Position numbers and translations under genes: made by a program. A stretch of 64,000 bases of DNA from Vitrella brassicaformis CCMP3155 (Eukaryota; Protista; Chromerida): contig CDMY01000781.1 of the NCBI GenBank assembly GCA_001179505.1, positions 186,001 to 250,000 of the forward strand, in the 5' to 3' direction. A model generated the notes under the pieces. It was not told the DNA's origin and made no database searches. It was given only the letters and a program-made list of their open reading frames with translations. This document shows, one piece after another, positions 25,581 through 37,011 of the stretch. Each line of letters starts with the position of its first letter. Position 1 is the first letter of the stretch.

Positions 25581-27750
25581 ATGGATTACTACTGGTCGGT
25601 TGAGAAGACGTGCGTAGTGATAGACCTCGGCCGGGCCTTCACCAAATGCGGATTCGCCACCGAGGCCGCACCACGACACATCTTCCGCACACCGGAGCTC
25701 ATCCAGGTGACCAAAAGGCCATTTTCCTTAGCCCCTCTGTGTGTAAGAGTGCATTCCCATGTGCTGATGTTTTCTGTTGATTGATGTAGGAGGTGAAAAC
25801 CGACACTGTGACGTCGACGGCTTCGTTCGAGAGGTGGGTTCAGGTGTTTGAGGAGCTGTTCAAGAACGTGTTCTTCTTCTACCTGCAAGCCAACCCCAAG
25901 GAGCGCCGCGTCATCATATGCGACAAGGTCTGCTCCCCGCGGCCAATGCGCGAGGCCATCAGCAAGGTCCTCTTCGAGAAACTCGCCGTCCCGGCCATCC
26001 ACTTTGTCCCGGACCTTTTGCTGCCGCTATACCTCACCGGCCTGTCCACAGGCATCGTGATCGACTGCGGCTACGAGGAGACCCGCATCCTCCCCATCTG
26101 TGAGTGCGTGCCGCTCTACAGCGCCTTCACGACGGCCAGGGTGGGGGGCCGCCACGTTGACGAGAAGCTGCGGGAGGCCCTGCTGGCCTATGCCAAGGAG
26201 AACCCCAGCAACGTCAAGCGGCCGGCAAAGGGCTGGGCGGGGAGAAGAAAGAGCACTCCCATGAGCAGCCCGAGTGCGAGCCAGGAGGAGCCGACACCGG
26301 AGGCCGCCGAGGAGCCGCCACTCACTCTGACAGACATGGTAGGGACAGCTGGAAAGCACACAGAGAGGTGGCGTGGCGCGACACCACACCAGTCAATCAA
26401 TCAATGAGTGTGTGGTTCCCCCAGGTGGGTTCGTTGGACGACGTGACTTTGGAGGACATCAAGATGCGGTGCTGCTACGTGCGGTATCGGCTGGCGGACG
26501 GCGGCAAGTGTGTGTTGGAGACCAGCAAGGACATCAAGTACCCGCTGCACTGCGACCAGGCCATACCCATCAAAGCAGCCACACGGTAAGGAGGGAAACG
26601 TGCTGACTGACGTTGCGGATCGGATGCTCTCTCCATTCGATTCGCCCTTTGTGTGCAGGTGGGGCGTGTGTGAGGTCCTTTGGGACGAGTCTGGCGAACG
26701 CACAAACATCCAAGAGGGCATCATACAGTAGGCAGCGCACTCACTGCTCCTGTATTGGCTGTGGTGATATGTGCCATTCCACTCCTCCCCCCTGTGTCGT
26801 GTTGTGTGTGGTGCCTGCGTGCCAGGATGTTGGAGAAGTGCCCCGTTGACATTCGCAAGTCGCTGGTGCAGAACATTGTGGTGTGTGGCGGCACAGCGTC
26901 GCTGCCCGGATTTCTCCCTAGAATGGCCTTAGAACTCAAGTATCCACAGCACAGCAGGATGATGCAGACAGACAGACATGGGCAGCATCAGGCTGGCTGG
27001 CTGTCTGTCTATGCGTGTGTTGATCGATCGATCAGAATGGCGTTTGAGAGCGACTCGAGGCTGCATCACGTGTGCGAGCGTGTGGAGTTCAGTCTGCCCC
27101 AGTTCCCTCCAGCATCCCTCATATGGGTCGGGGGGGCCATCTACGGCTCCATGGAAGGCGTCGCGGTAAGTCTGCATGGAAAGCATACATACCCATGTCT
27201 GTGTTCATGTTGCTGCCTGTGACAGGAGTATTCTGCCGCCCAGTACCAGAAGGGCGTGAAGACCCCCGACTGGGCCGCCTTCACCCTCGTCCAGCAGCCG
27301 GTGCAGCCACCCCCATCCGCCGACTCGCCAACCAACATCGGTGTGCCACCGGCTGGGTCAGGGCTCGCCCCCCCGGCCCTCTCCTCATCCCCTCAGAAGA
27401 CGTCCAGCAGTCTCCTGGCCAGCAGCCCTGCCGGTGGCGGCAGTGGGGGCCTCACACTGCCGATGGCCGAGTCGCCCCAGGGCAGCAACCAAGACAGCAA
27501 CGTGGTGGAAGAGCAGGAGGCGTTGCCCTCACCGTCACGATCGCAGGAGACGCCGGCTTCTATGTCGGTGCCGTCACCTGGTGCCGACGCAGCGAAGGCT
27601 GATGCAGAGGGCGTGGGGGGTGGGGAGGGGGCTGGGGCTCCATCGGCTCAGCCTGAGGCGGGCCGTGACACCGACACGGGTGCAGAGGGCACTCAGGCAG
27701 CACCAGCAGCGGCGCCGGCACCGGCAGCCGAAGGAGCAGGACGGACGTAA
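25581..27750 (+). CDS. ACTR10: Actin-related protein 10 (Arp10/Arp11, dynactin pointed-end subunit) with a low-complexity C-terminal extension
   Basis: VVIDLGRAFTKCGFATEAAPRHIF, NPKERRVIICD, LFEKLAVPAIHFVPDLLLPLYLTGLSTGIVIDCGYEETRILPI, LEDIKMRCCYV, CPVDIRKSLVQNIVVCGGTASLPGFLPR, IWVGGAIYGS. Actin fold with the Arp10-type divergent pattern. Confidence 0.85.
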
Positions 27751-28090
27751 GAACCACACACGCACGGCAACAACAACCATGCGATGAACACGTGTGTGTG
27801 TCTATGTGGGCCTGTTGTATGCAGTGGGACCCGGTCCAACATCGCCCCTCGGCCGGCCGGCGCCCCGTCGCGGACTTCAGCATCCACAAGGAGCAGCGGG
27901 GCGGCGGCAGGGAGGCGGGGGCGGCGCGATGACGCCACCACATAGCTGAGCCCGCCGGCAGCGGACAGGCAGGCAGCCATGCATTAGTCAGAGGTAGATG
28001 TTGGGCTATGGATGGATGGATGGATGGATACATTGCCCTCCCAGTCTGTCGTGTGTGCGTGGTCTTATTGCTGGATGGACACCTATATGA

Positions 28091-28189
28091 ACACACACAC
28101 ACACACACACGCACACGCACACGCACACGCACACGCACACGCACACGCACACGCACACGCACACGCACACGCACACGCACACGCACACA
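28091..28189. repeat. Compound microsatellite: (AC)10 followed by about 13 copies of GCACAC
   Basis: Directly visible; uninterrupted purine-pyrimidine alternation for about 100 bp, between the ACTR10 stop and the LMF start. Confidence 0.95.
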
Positions 28190-28395
28190 TGTTCATTCAT
28201 TAGGGACTCTGAATCCTGTTTCTGGCTGTCTGCTCGGACCTCTTCCGCTCGTTCCCACAGTGATGCATGCAAAGCGCTGTGACTCATGACTCTCACTGTC
28301 GTGCTTCAGAAAGCCCTCTAGCCAACAGATCGCGCCTCGCGACAGAAATACCTTCTCTTCACGACCTCAAGCTCGCAAACAGAAGGAAAGAGGAG

Positions 28396-31054
28396 ATGTT
28401 GGCATCTTTCAGCCCAGTGGACGTGCTCATCGAGTACGGCCATGCGGTGGTCAATCTCATCGCCTTCGTCGCCTTCTGGCGGCAGGCGATGCCTCTCATC
28501 TCGAAACATGGTACGACACGCACATCCTCCCAGATCAGCCACACAACATGCGCCACGATGGTTGCCATGCATGGACTTGCAGGTCTGCTTCCCGTGACAC
28601 GCACACTGCGGGATATGAGCCGTTCGTCCACTGGCAGGCGCTTCTCGGCATCGGCGTCGTCTTCTGAGGTTCAACCCGAGAGGCGCCGTGTGAGGTGGAA
28701 GCAGGTGCGGCAGTACCCGACGCTGTGCTGGTGGTTCTACAAAGACCACCACATACACTTGATGTGCGCGGTGAGAGCCAACCACACAAACAAACATGCA
28801 GCCACAAGACGGCGGTGTCTGTGTTTGTGTCTGTGTCTGTCTGCAGGCGGGCTGCATCGGTGGTGTGCTATTGCTGCTTCTCCCCTGCCCTCATCGGCTC
28901 TACGGCACAACCGATATCTCCCTCTTTGCTGCTGCCGTCGGAGTGGCGTGGGTGCGAGCGGGGATCTGGCTGCTGATGGGCGTCGTCTACCTCTCGCTGC
29001 AGAACGTGTCTGGCCCCTTCCTGGCCCTCCAGATGGACGCCAACCTTATCGAGATGAACTGCCTCATCGCACTGCACTCCATGCTGCTGGCGACCCACGT
29101 GCTGTCCTGCACCCTCCTGCCGATTCAATCACTGTTGGGCGGGTGGCCTCTGATGGGTCGGATTCTGACGTTTGTGGTGGATTTCCGGCTGAGCCATCAC
29201 ATGCGCTGGCTGATCTTCCGGGTGATGCTGGCGTGCGGCATGTGCAAGTGGTACGGCTCGCCCATGTGGAAGTCACTCACCGCCATGACAGGTGGGTGTG
29301 TCGACTATGAATGAGTGTGACGCATGAGGGTCTGTGTGTGTACTGTGTGTTGCCTTCCTGCGTGTGTCAGCGCATTACGAGACGCAGCCACTGCCGAACT
29401 GTGTGTCTTGGTACGTCCACATGGCCCCCGAGTGGTGGCACAAAGTTGAAACAGCCATGTCACTCGTCATCGAGAGTGAGCCAGGGAGGGACAGGGCAAG
29501 GCGAGCACACACCCACTCTCTCTCTCTCTCTCTGCTGTGTGTGGGGCTGGACATGGTCTCAGTCATGATTCCTTTCCTGGTGTATGCCCCCTGGTACTTA
29601 TCGCGACTGGTGGCCTTTGTCGGCTTCGTGCAGCTGACCGTCATGATCAACACCACCGGCAACTACGGCCACCTGGGCATCATGACTATTGTCCAGTGCC
29701 TCCCGATCCTCTATGCTGACGAGTGGCCGCTGAGCCTCCTCACAGCCAGGGTGCAGCTACCGAGCAGCAGGCCGTCTGGTCCGCTGGCAGTGCCGGCATG
29801 GGTGGCTGTGGTATTTGGCGTGTTGTGTGCGGTGGTGTGGGTGTGTCTGCTGGCGGTGGTGTATGTGCTGTGGGCGGTATCGACTGTGCCTCTGCTGCAG
29901 TCCTTCAAAGGTCACGAGGGCAAGAAGAGAGTGGTGGGAGGGGTGAGCATCTTCGGATGCGTGTGTGTGTGTGTGTGTGTGCTGTGCGTTGTAGGTCGTG
30001 TCCGTATGCCCCCCAGTCGGCTGGTGGACTTGTACAGCTACCTCCGGCGATACAAGGTCTGCAACTACTACGCCAAGTTTGGCAGGTGGGCCATACACGC
30101 AACACAACTCACCGAGAGAAAAGAGAAGAGCCGATCAATGTGATGTGTCGTGGCATTCAGCATGAATGCGGAGCGTCTAGAGCTGATTGTGCAGGGGCAG
30201 AGGGAGGGCTGCAGGGAGTGGCTGCCGTACGAGTTCAAATTCAAGCCATGCAACCCTTTCACAGCACCACGTTTCGCATTCTTCTACATACACAGTGAGC
30301 TCAGCACACACATACCCCTTCACACACACAGCCGTGTGGCATGTGTGTGTGTGTGTGTGTGTGGATCGGTATCAGGATTCGATTGGCGTCTGTGGTTTCT
30401 GCCGCTGGAGTGGCAGCGGGCGAGAAGCCGCCGGACACAGTGCGATGTGCCAGACTGGTTGGTATAGGTCGGGACCCTCGCGGACCCGCCCGCTACCCAC
30501 ACCTGCCTGTCTGCCTGTCTGTGTTTGATGTGATGTTCAGGTACGAGGCCTTCATCCATGGTCTCACTCTCAACGACCCCACCACGCTCTCCCTCATCCA
30601 CAACAACCCCTTCCCTGACGAGGCTCCGGCCAAGATCCGCACGCTCGTCGTCAAATTCTCATTCACACCCCCTCTAACAGCAGCAGCAGCAGCAGCGGAC
30701 AGAGACACAGAGACGGACACTCAAGAGAGGCCCACATCGCCACCCACTCTCTCCCAGCAAAGCACTGGCGAAGATGACTCCATGGGAGTGAGGCGTCGTG
30801 CTGCTGCTGGTGCCGCTGTTGCTGCTGTTAGTGATGGCACTCGGGGGTTCAGCCAGGAGGAGCAGGTTGGTGAGGGTAGGGGAGGGAAGAGCGTGTGGCG
30901 GTTTCTCCGCTGTTGTGCGAGAGGAAGGCGTGTGAGGTGGTGGGTGACGCGGCCAGTGGGTGTGTACCACTACTATGACCGTGGTAGGCCCGACCACAGC
31001 AACAGCAGCAGCAACGAGTCGTCCGAGGGCAGCAGCGACTCATGGCTGCTGTAG
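28396..31054 (+). CDS. LMF: Lipase maturation factor family ER membrane protein (LMF1/LMF2-like)
   Basis: AFVAFWRQAMPLISKHG|LLP, YPTLCWW, YLSLQNVSGPFLALQMDANLIE, WLIFRVMLACGMCKW, HYETQPLPNCVSWYVH, INTTGNYGHL, NYYAKFG|SMNAERLELIVQG, WLPYEFKFKP, FDWRLWF, LIHNNPFPDEAPAKIR. Confidence 0.92.
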
Positions 31055-31592
31055 GGATCGATTGCATTTTGTCAGTATTTCTGGTTGGCTGATTCGGTGG
31101 TCGGATCTTTGTGGGATGGGAGGGTGAGGGGCGAGATATTTGTTGTCGTTGCATCGCTGCAGGCCTCCCTGTCTTAGTTTGATATGAATGCGTGCAGCGA
31201 GGCTATATTATATGGGGACGAACGAGCGGTAGTGCCGGTCATGTAAACGAACGAATTCGAATGCCCTTGCCTCACACGACGATTGATTGAACCCCACCAT
31301 CGCACCGCACGCCCCATAGTCACATCACATGCAGCCATAGCACAGGCAGACGTGCCATGTATGTATGTTTGTTCGTGTGTATGCTACAATCAATCAACAC
31401 AGCCGGAATGGACTGGACTTGCCCCCCGAACGACTCTCTCGCTCACCCACTGCATCGCAGCAGCCACACAGACAGTCAGACAATCAGACAGACAGACAGA
31501 CAGGTAGCCACAGAAGAAGTCGGTCGGTGTGAGGCAAGCAAGGAAGGAAGACGGAACCATCGACAAAACACATACACACAGGATCGTATGGA

Positions 31593-31701
31593 CACACACG
31601 GGAGAGCTGATGCGTCTCCGTAGGAAACGGGTCCGACTTCGCGTTGGACGGACACGAAATCCCATCCGTCGGCTACGGGCACATCAGCTCTCGCGTGTGT
31701 G
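31593..31701. ncRNA. Candidate structured RNA / long imperfect hairpin, function unknown
   Basis: Nested complementary arms CACACACG (31593-31600)/CGTGTGTG (31694-31701), GAGAGCTGATG (31602-31612)/CATCAGCTCTC (31682-31692) and CCGTAG (31618-31623)/CTACGG (31673-31678), enclosing GTCCGAC-TTCGC-GTTGGAC. No known RNA family recognised. Confidence 0.35.
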
Positions 31702-32136
31702 GTCGGCCTAAGATCCTTCCGAATGGCACACGCGTGCACACGGTCAGCCAAGGGCAGCCAGGCAGGCATGCTGGTTCTGTAGCAGCAGCTGTTCCTGCTA
31801 CCGGTGCCCCGCCCCACATAACTCCCCTCACCAACGGCCAAAACTGTCCCCAATCAAGTCAGCGCAAAATTAATGCCCTTTGTCTACGATTCACCGAGAA
31901 CAGCACAGCCCAAGCAGAGAAGGAGGAAAGGCAAGACGACCAGACACATGGAGAGAGAGACTGCTCTGGCTTGGCTTGCTCATCATTGTGTTCCTCTCCC
32001 CTCCCCTCCCCCCTCTCTGCTTAAACCGTGCTGATGAATGGAGCATGACAGAGTATCGACACAGACAGACAGACAGACAGGCAGACAGACAGCTAGACGT
32101 GCAGGTAGGCATGTCTATGCAAATGTGGCATGTCGC

Positions 32137-34260
32137 TCACGCCGTGATGCACCGACGTACTAATTCCTCGACCACAAAGGCTGCTGACAGCCCTATCGTC
32201 CCCACACACACGGACTCGCTCACAAAACCCCCGCTCTCTCCCTCGGCCGACGCGGCGCGTCGTCGGATGTCACTGTATGCCACAAGCCCAGGCACAAGAC
32301 CAAACTGCACACACACACACAAACAACAGACAGACAGACAGACAGACAACACACAGCATATGTCATCCCGTTGTGTGTCCACTTCACTCACGACACTCTC
32401 GTACCAGTATTGGGTCGCAGAAAGCCCCAGCGAGGTCCAGTGCCCGACCAAACACGTCCTCTTCGCCACAGGCCAAAACCGCCAGGAGAGGTGGCACCAG
32501 GCTCCACCCATACAGCTGCGAGCGAGACGGCTCGGTAGCTGAGCCGCCGCTGCCGTTGCGGCGGACGAGGCGCCACACGGCTGCGGGCAGTAGAGCGAGC
32601 CGGGAGCTGCTTGAGGGAGGGAGAGGCAGCAGCCGGGAGAACTCGCTGCTGTCGTGTTGTGGCCGGTGCTTGGAGGATAAGCTGTCGAGTGACGCCATTT
32701 GTCGGATGGTGTCGACTTGCGAGAGTACGCAGCCGAGGAAGGACGTGAGGATGGCAGCGAGCGAGAAACTGAGCACCAGAGGGCCGCCGCCAGGGACACC
32801 ACCTGCATTGCAACCAACCACACAACACACGGAGAGAGAGGGATAGAGAGACGCGAGTATGGACCTATGCTGCCGGTGCCACCCACCCTCCCTCCCTCCC
32901 TCTCACGTACTTACCCATAAAGGCGACTAGGACCTCCGTCACTGTCGCCGCCGCGGGTGACGCGTCGTCGGCCAGCCCCTCACCGTACAGCGACAGCCCC
33001 TCCTTGAGATTCCTCGCCAGTGGTGAGGATAAGAACACCGTCTCCCACATCAGATACATCAGCAGAGGGATGCCAGAGCCGATGATGAGGGACCACCGCA
33101 GCTTGGAGGACATTTCCTCGTCTGCCGCGCCTTGTGGCTGGGTGTGGGGAGCGTCCGTGGGTGTGAGGGCCGCCGATTGGCGCGCTTTTTGTTTGAAGCG
33201 CCACACGAGCGCGGGAACAACTGGTTGGAACGTCATGGCGACCTGAACAAAACCACACAATGACAAAGGCAGGTAGTGTGGTGGCTGGGTAACTTGCCTG
33301 CAGGACGGGCAGAGCACGCGGCACAGCAGTGATGTCCCCGAAAAGCACCGGGTCATCCAGCCGCGTCGCCCCGATCAGGAGAATGGCAGCGAACGCCACC
33401 AACGCCCCAACCAGCACGGTGCTATTGACCTTGTCAAGCAGAGCGTCGCTCTTGAAGGCAGCGCCGCCAACGAGCACGGCAAACAGCACCTCTCCCATTG
33501 TCTTGGGCACACCAGCCAGTGCAGCCACCGTGCCGCCCGCCTCGCCGATGTAAGCCACCAAACACAAGAAGTTGAGCACCTGCGAAGAGGGCGCACGCAG
33601 GAGACACACAGACAGACAGACAGACAGACAGAGAAAGAAAGAAAAAAGAAAGAAATAAAGAAATAAAGAAATAAAGAGAGAGCATCGATACATCCGCAGG
33701 TGAGCACAGTTGAGCACCAGATATAGGGCCGTGTAGAGGGAGGCTGCTGACCCGCCGAAGCGGCGCTGAACAGCGGCGAGAAGGCCGATGGCTTCCTCGT
33801 TCGCAGGGGACGATTGGCTGCTGTTGAGGCCCTTCATGGATGTGTCGGCTATCAGCAACGCACCCGTGATGGCGTAGAGCCAGAGGCCAATCAGCAGCGC
33901 AGCACTAGGCATCAGACCGGTTTCGAGAGTGTTCAGAGGCAGGGCCAGTATGCCCGCTCCCACCATACTCCCTCCTGTCACTCCGGCTGCAGACAGAACG
34001 TCGCTATCAAGACGTGGGAGTCTGACGCCTTCGGCGCCGGACACACGGGGTGGACGGGGTGGACTTGAAGCGACACTCTCGTCGTGTTCCAACGGGCTCG
34101 GGGGTTGCCTGACAACCCTCAGTGGCGGCGCCGATCTCCGTACAGCAGGCAGTTGTGTGTGTCGAGAGGGCTGCAGGAAGGACGGTCTGCTGGCGGCTGT
34201 GCCATCTGCAAGAAGGGGGATGAGAGTCGCTGCGAGGACGCCTCGTCTCTTCAGCCACAT
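32137..34260 (-). CDS. Aromatic amino acid permease (TyrP/Mtr/TnaB, HAAAP-like family) with a predicted bipartite plastid-targeting leader
   Basis: AAGVTGGSMVGAGILALP...G(L)MPSAALLIGLWLY...GALLIAD, LNFLCLVAYIGEAG, VAMTFQPVVPALV, LIIGSGIPLLMYLMWE, SFSLAAILTSFLG, GAFCDPIL|FGLVPG. N-terminus MWLKRRGVLAATLIPLLADGTAA-SRPSFLQP followed by an Arg/Ser/Pro-rich stretch. Confidence 0.88.
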
Positions 34261-34477
34261 CTCTTCAGCAGCTGTGACGAGATACCGGCACGGTGGCGCC
34301 TGGGATGCAGATGCAGCGTAGTTGCGGTCCTTCAGCCTGCCTGCCTGCCTGCCTCCCTGCCTGTCAGATCTTTGGAAACAGCTTCTCTCTACACTTCAAG
34401 CTCGCACTCCAAGCGGGAGGGATCTCCGGAAAGTCCCATCGGACGGAGCTTCCCAACTTACAGCAGCAGCCGCTACG

Positions 34478-35098
34478 ATGATACAAGCGACGAAAGCCAA
34501 CGTGCTGACAGGTTTTCACCTGACCAGCCTCTCCGTGCGCCAGATGGAGCTCGACTACTTCGTCTCGGTCTTCCAGGCGCTCACCGGCATCTCTTCTCTG
34601 CTGGCGGGCTTTGCATCGGCCGGCATTCTGCTGGGTGTCCCTGCGCAAAACAACCCGTTCCTCAAACTGGGCTTCGTCACCTCGACGGGCGCCGCGCTTG
34701 GCTTCAATCTGCTGGTGGTGCTGATCGGCAGCTTGGTGGTCATGTGGGGACCTGGGCGGGCGTTGCGGGGCGAGGGCGTGGAGTCCGTCTCGTTTGCTGT
34801 CGAGTTCATGGAGGTGACCTCCGAGACGTGCCTCATCTATTTCGTGCTGGGCCTGGGATGCTACTTCGCGTCGAGCGTGTTTGCGGCGTGGATCTTGTTC
34901 AAGGTGCAGAGCTCCATTTTCATCTCGGTCTTCTTCCTGGTGGCGGCGTTCGTGCTCATCCAGCAGGTGGGTCAGCTGTACCTGGAGCTCAAGCCGCCCA
35001 TCGTGATATCTGGGAGAATTCGTGGCAATCCTCTACGCGTCCCAGTTGACAGCACCAGCAGTGGTGGCACATACGCCACCGGCAGCGAACAGCGGTGA
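34478..35098 (+). CDS. Intronless four-TM Orai-like membrane protein
   Basis: TM1 LTGISSLLAGFASAGILL (compare Orai SALLSGFAMVAMVE), TM2 GFVTSTGAALGFNLLVVLIGSLVVMWGP, TM3 YFVLGLGCYFASSVFAAWILF, TM4 SSIFISVFFLVAAFVLIQQVGQLY. ATG at 34478, stop at 35096-35098. Confidence 0.75.
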   Translation: MIQATKANVLTGFHLTSLSVRQMELDYFVSVFQALTGISSLLAGFASAGILLGVPAQNNPFLKLGFVTSTGAALGFNLLVVLIGSLVVMWGPGRALRGEGVESVSFAVEFMEVTSETCLIYFVLGLGCYFASSVFAAWILFKVQSSIFISVFFLVAAFVLIQQVGQLYLELKPPIVISGRIRGNPLRVPVDSTSSGGTYATGSEQR

Positions 35099-35546
35099 CT
35101 GATGGCCTGGGTGACGCCTTTCTGCGGCAAAGAGAGCCTAGATCTGACTGACTGACGGCGGCACGGCTGGCTGGAGCAGACAAGGCATAGATAGGCTTTT
35201 TGCGTGCGTTATTGATGGCTCGACTGACTGACTGGCTGCGAGTGTTGCATGTCCCTGTTGTCTGCATGATCCTTTTCATTCGTGCGCACGACCATCGACG
35301 GGCACATAGGCGCGCGCGCGCCGGGTGCGGTCGATCGCACCGGCGTCACGTGGTTTTGGTGCTCGTCGCTGATCGTGTGGCCGGATGAAGACAGACAGCT
35401 AGAGGGACTCGATCACGGCGACGGGACAGTGACGATCGATGACTGTGTGTGCAACATCGATATGTATGTGTACTGTGAGACACAGAAAGAGTGAAGCAAT
35501 CGGTACGTATGTGTGTGAGTGAGTGAGTGAGTGAGAGAGTGAATCG

Positions 35547-36519
35547 ATGCTGCTGTCCGATAGAAAGGGGAAGCGGAAGCGCTACATACCGCGGCCGGCC
35601 AAGGGTGCCAGGGTTGGTGAGGTGGTCGGCGGCATCTTTGCGCAAATCAAGGCTGCCAGGAGGGAGGAGCCGTCAAAGGCCAACAGCATCCATGATAGAC
35701 AGCAAGGAGACCACGGCAAGCACACACCCACACACACGAGAAAGACAACACACGCACGACTGTCTGCTTTGTGTGTAAATAGGAGTGAGTCATCCCGTCG
35801 AGACACCGCCACAAGGACAGCAGCGGCCACAGACACGCAGCCCATCGCACCCACACGCCGATGCCGACGATAGGCCGCAAAGTGAGGGAGTGACGGCACG
35901 CAACAACACATGAGACACACACATGACACACATGCATCCCGGCCATCATTTGCAGCGTCCGATGGTTACTTTGCAGCGTTGCGCCGCGAGCTGTACCAGC
36001 TGTGCGAGCGGCCGATGATGGACAAGGCCTTCTACACCAAACGGTCAGCCAGCCAGCCAGCCTCAGAGCCCTGGAATGTGTGTCTCTCTGTGTGTGTCCC
36101 ACAACAGCTTGTCTCGCAGCATGTTTGCCCCACAACAACCCAACAAGGCCACTGCACAGCCGCCGGTGTCATCGGCGCGTGAGGCCGACCGCCCGCTTGC
36201 AGCGTCTGCACCTGACCAGTGGAACGATGAGCGTGGCTATCCCATGTCACCACTCATGCACATGCGCTCGTCTGCTGACGCCCTCAACGGGGACGACCGC
36301 CGCCCACGGCCGCACCAACACACAGGGTACACACATGCACACAGACAGATAGGGACGGAGGTAGTGAGGGAGAGAGGCACACACACACAAAGAGACACAC
36401 CACGTTCGTCTGCTTCTGTATTGGTTGGCGTGTCAGGTCTGTCGACTTTCGGCAGCTCGCCAGTTCGTCATCAGACTCGTTCCGCCTCAACCAACACAAC
36501 AGTGCCAACCCAAACATGA
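35547..36519 (+). CDS. Hypothetical low-complexity protein, multi-exon; boundaries uncertain
   Basis: Coding-like segments KGKRKRYIPRPAKGARVGEVVGGIFAQIK, DGYFAALRRELYQLCERPMMDKAFYTKR and DQWNDERGYPMSPLMHMRSSADAL, separated by microsatellite introns. No recognisable domain. Confidence 0.45.
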
Positions 36520-37011
36520 CGATGCAGGTCGGTCAGTCAGTCAGTCAGCCCACCAGCATCAACATCTCTCTCTCCCTCTCAGGGCGAGTGGAGTTTGTCA
36601 CTGCCACGCCATGATGCCTTGCGTCGACTCGACACCCAGTCCGGCCCATTCTTCCTCAAGCCACGACAATTCTGATACATGAACGGCTGTCTGTGTGTCT
36701 GTGAGACGGACCGACATTGGATGACTGAAATGCACGGATGACTGATGTGCACGGATTGCTGGATGGATGGATGGATGGACGTGTCTGTGTGTTGAAGACA
36801 TCTCTCGTCAGTGATAAGAGCCAAGCCGAGACGACAAACCTTGTAGGAAATCAAGGCAAACAAAGACTTGGTACTCATATACACCGCCACGCGTCAGCCA
36901 GCCAGACAGGCATGCACGCAGCATGGATACATACGCATGCCAGCCAAGTCGTCACTCTGGACGAAAGATCGACTGATCCGGAAATGAAACGGACACGTAT
37001 CCAAGCAGAAG

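Noticed and set aside
27560-28296. ORFs such as MRVRVRVRV, TRTRTR, HAHAHA and CVCVCV
   Set aside because: Translation artefacts of the (CA)n/(GCACAC)n microsatellite.
31602-31692. Possible hammerhead ribozyme (CTGATG ... GAAA ... ATC)
   Set aside because: A9 is C, stem I would be out of register, and CTGATG pairs directly with CATCAG. Kept only as a generic hairpin.
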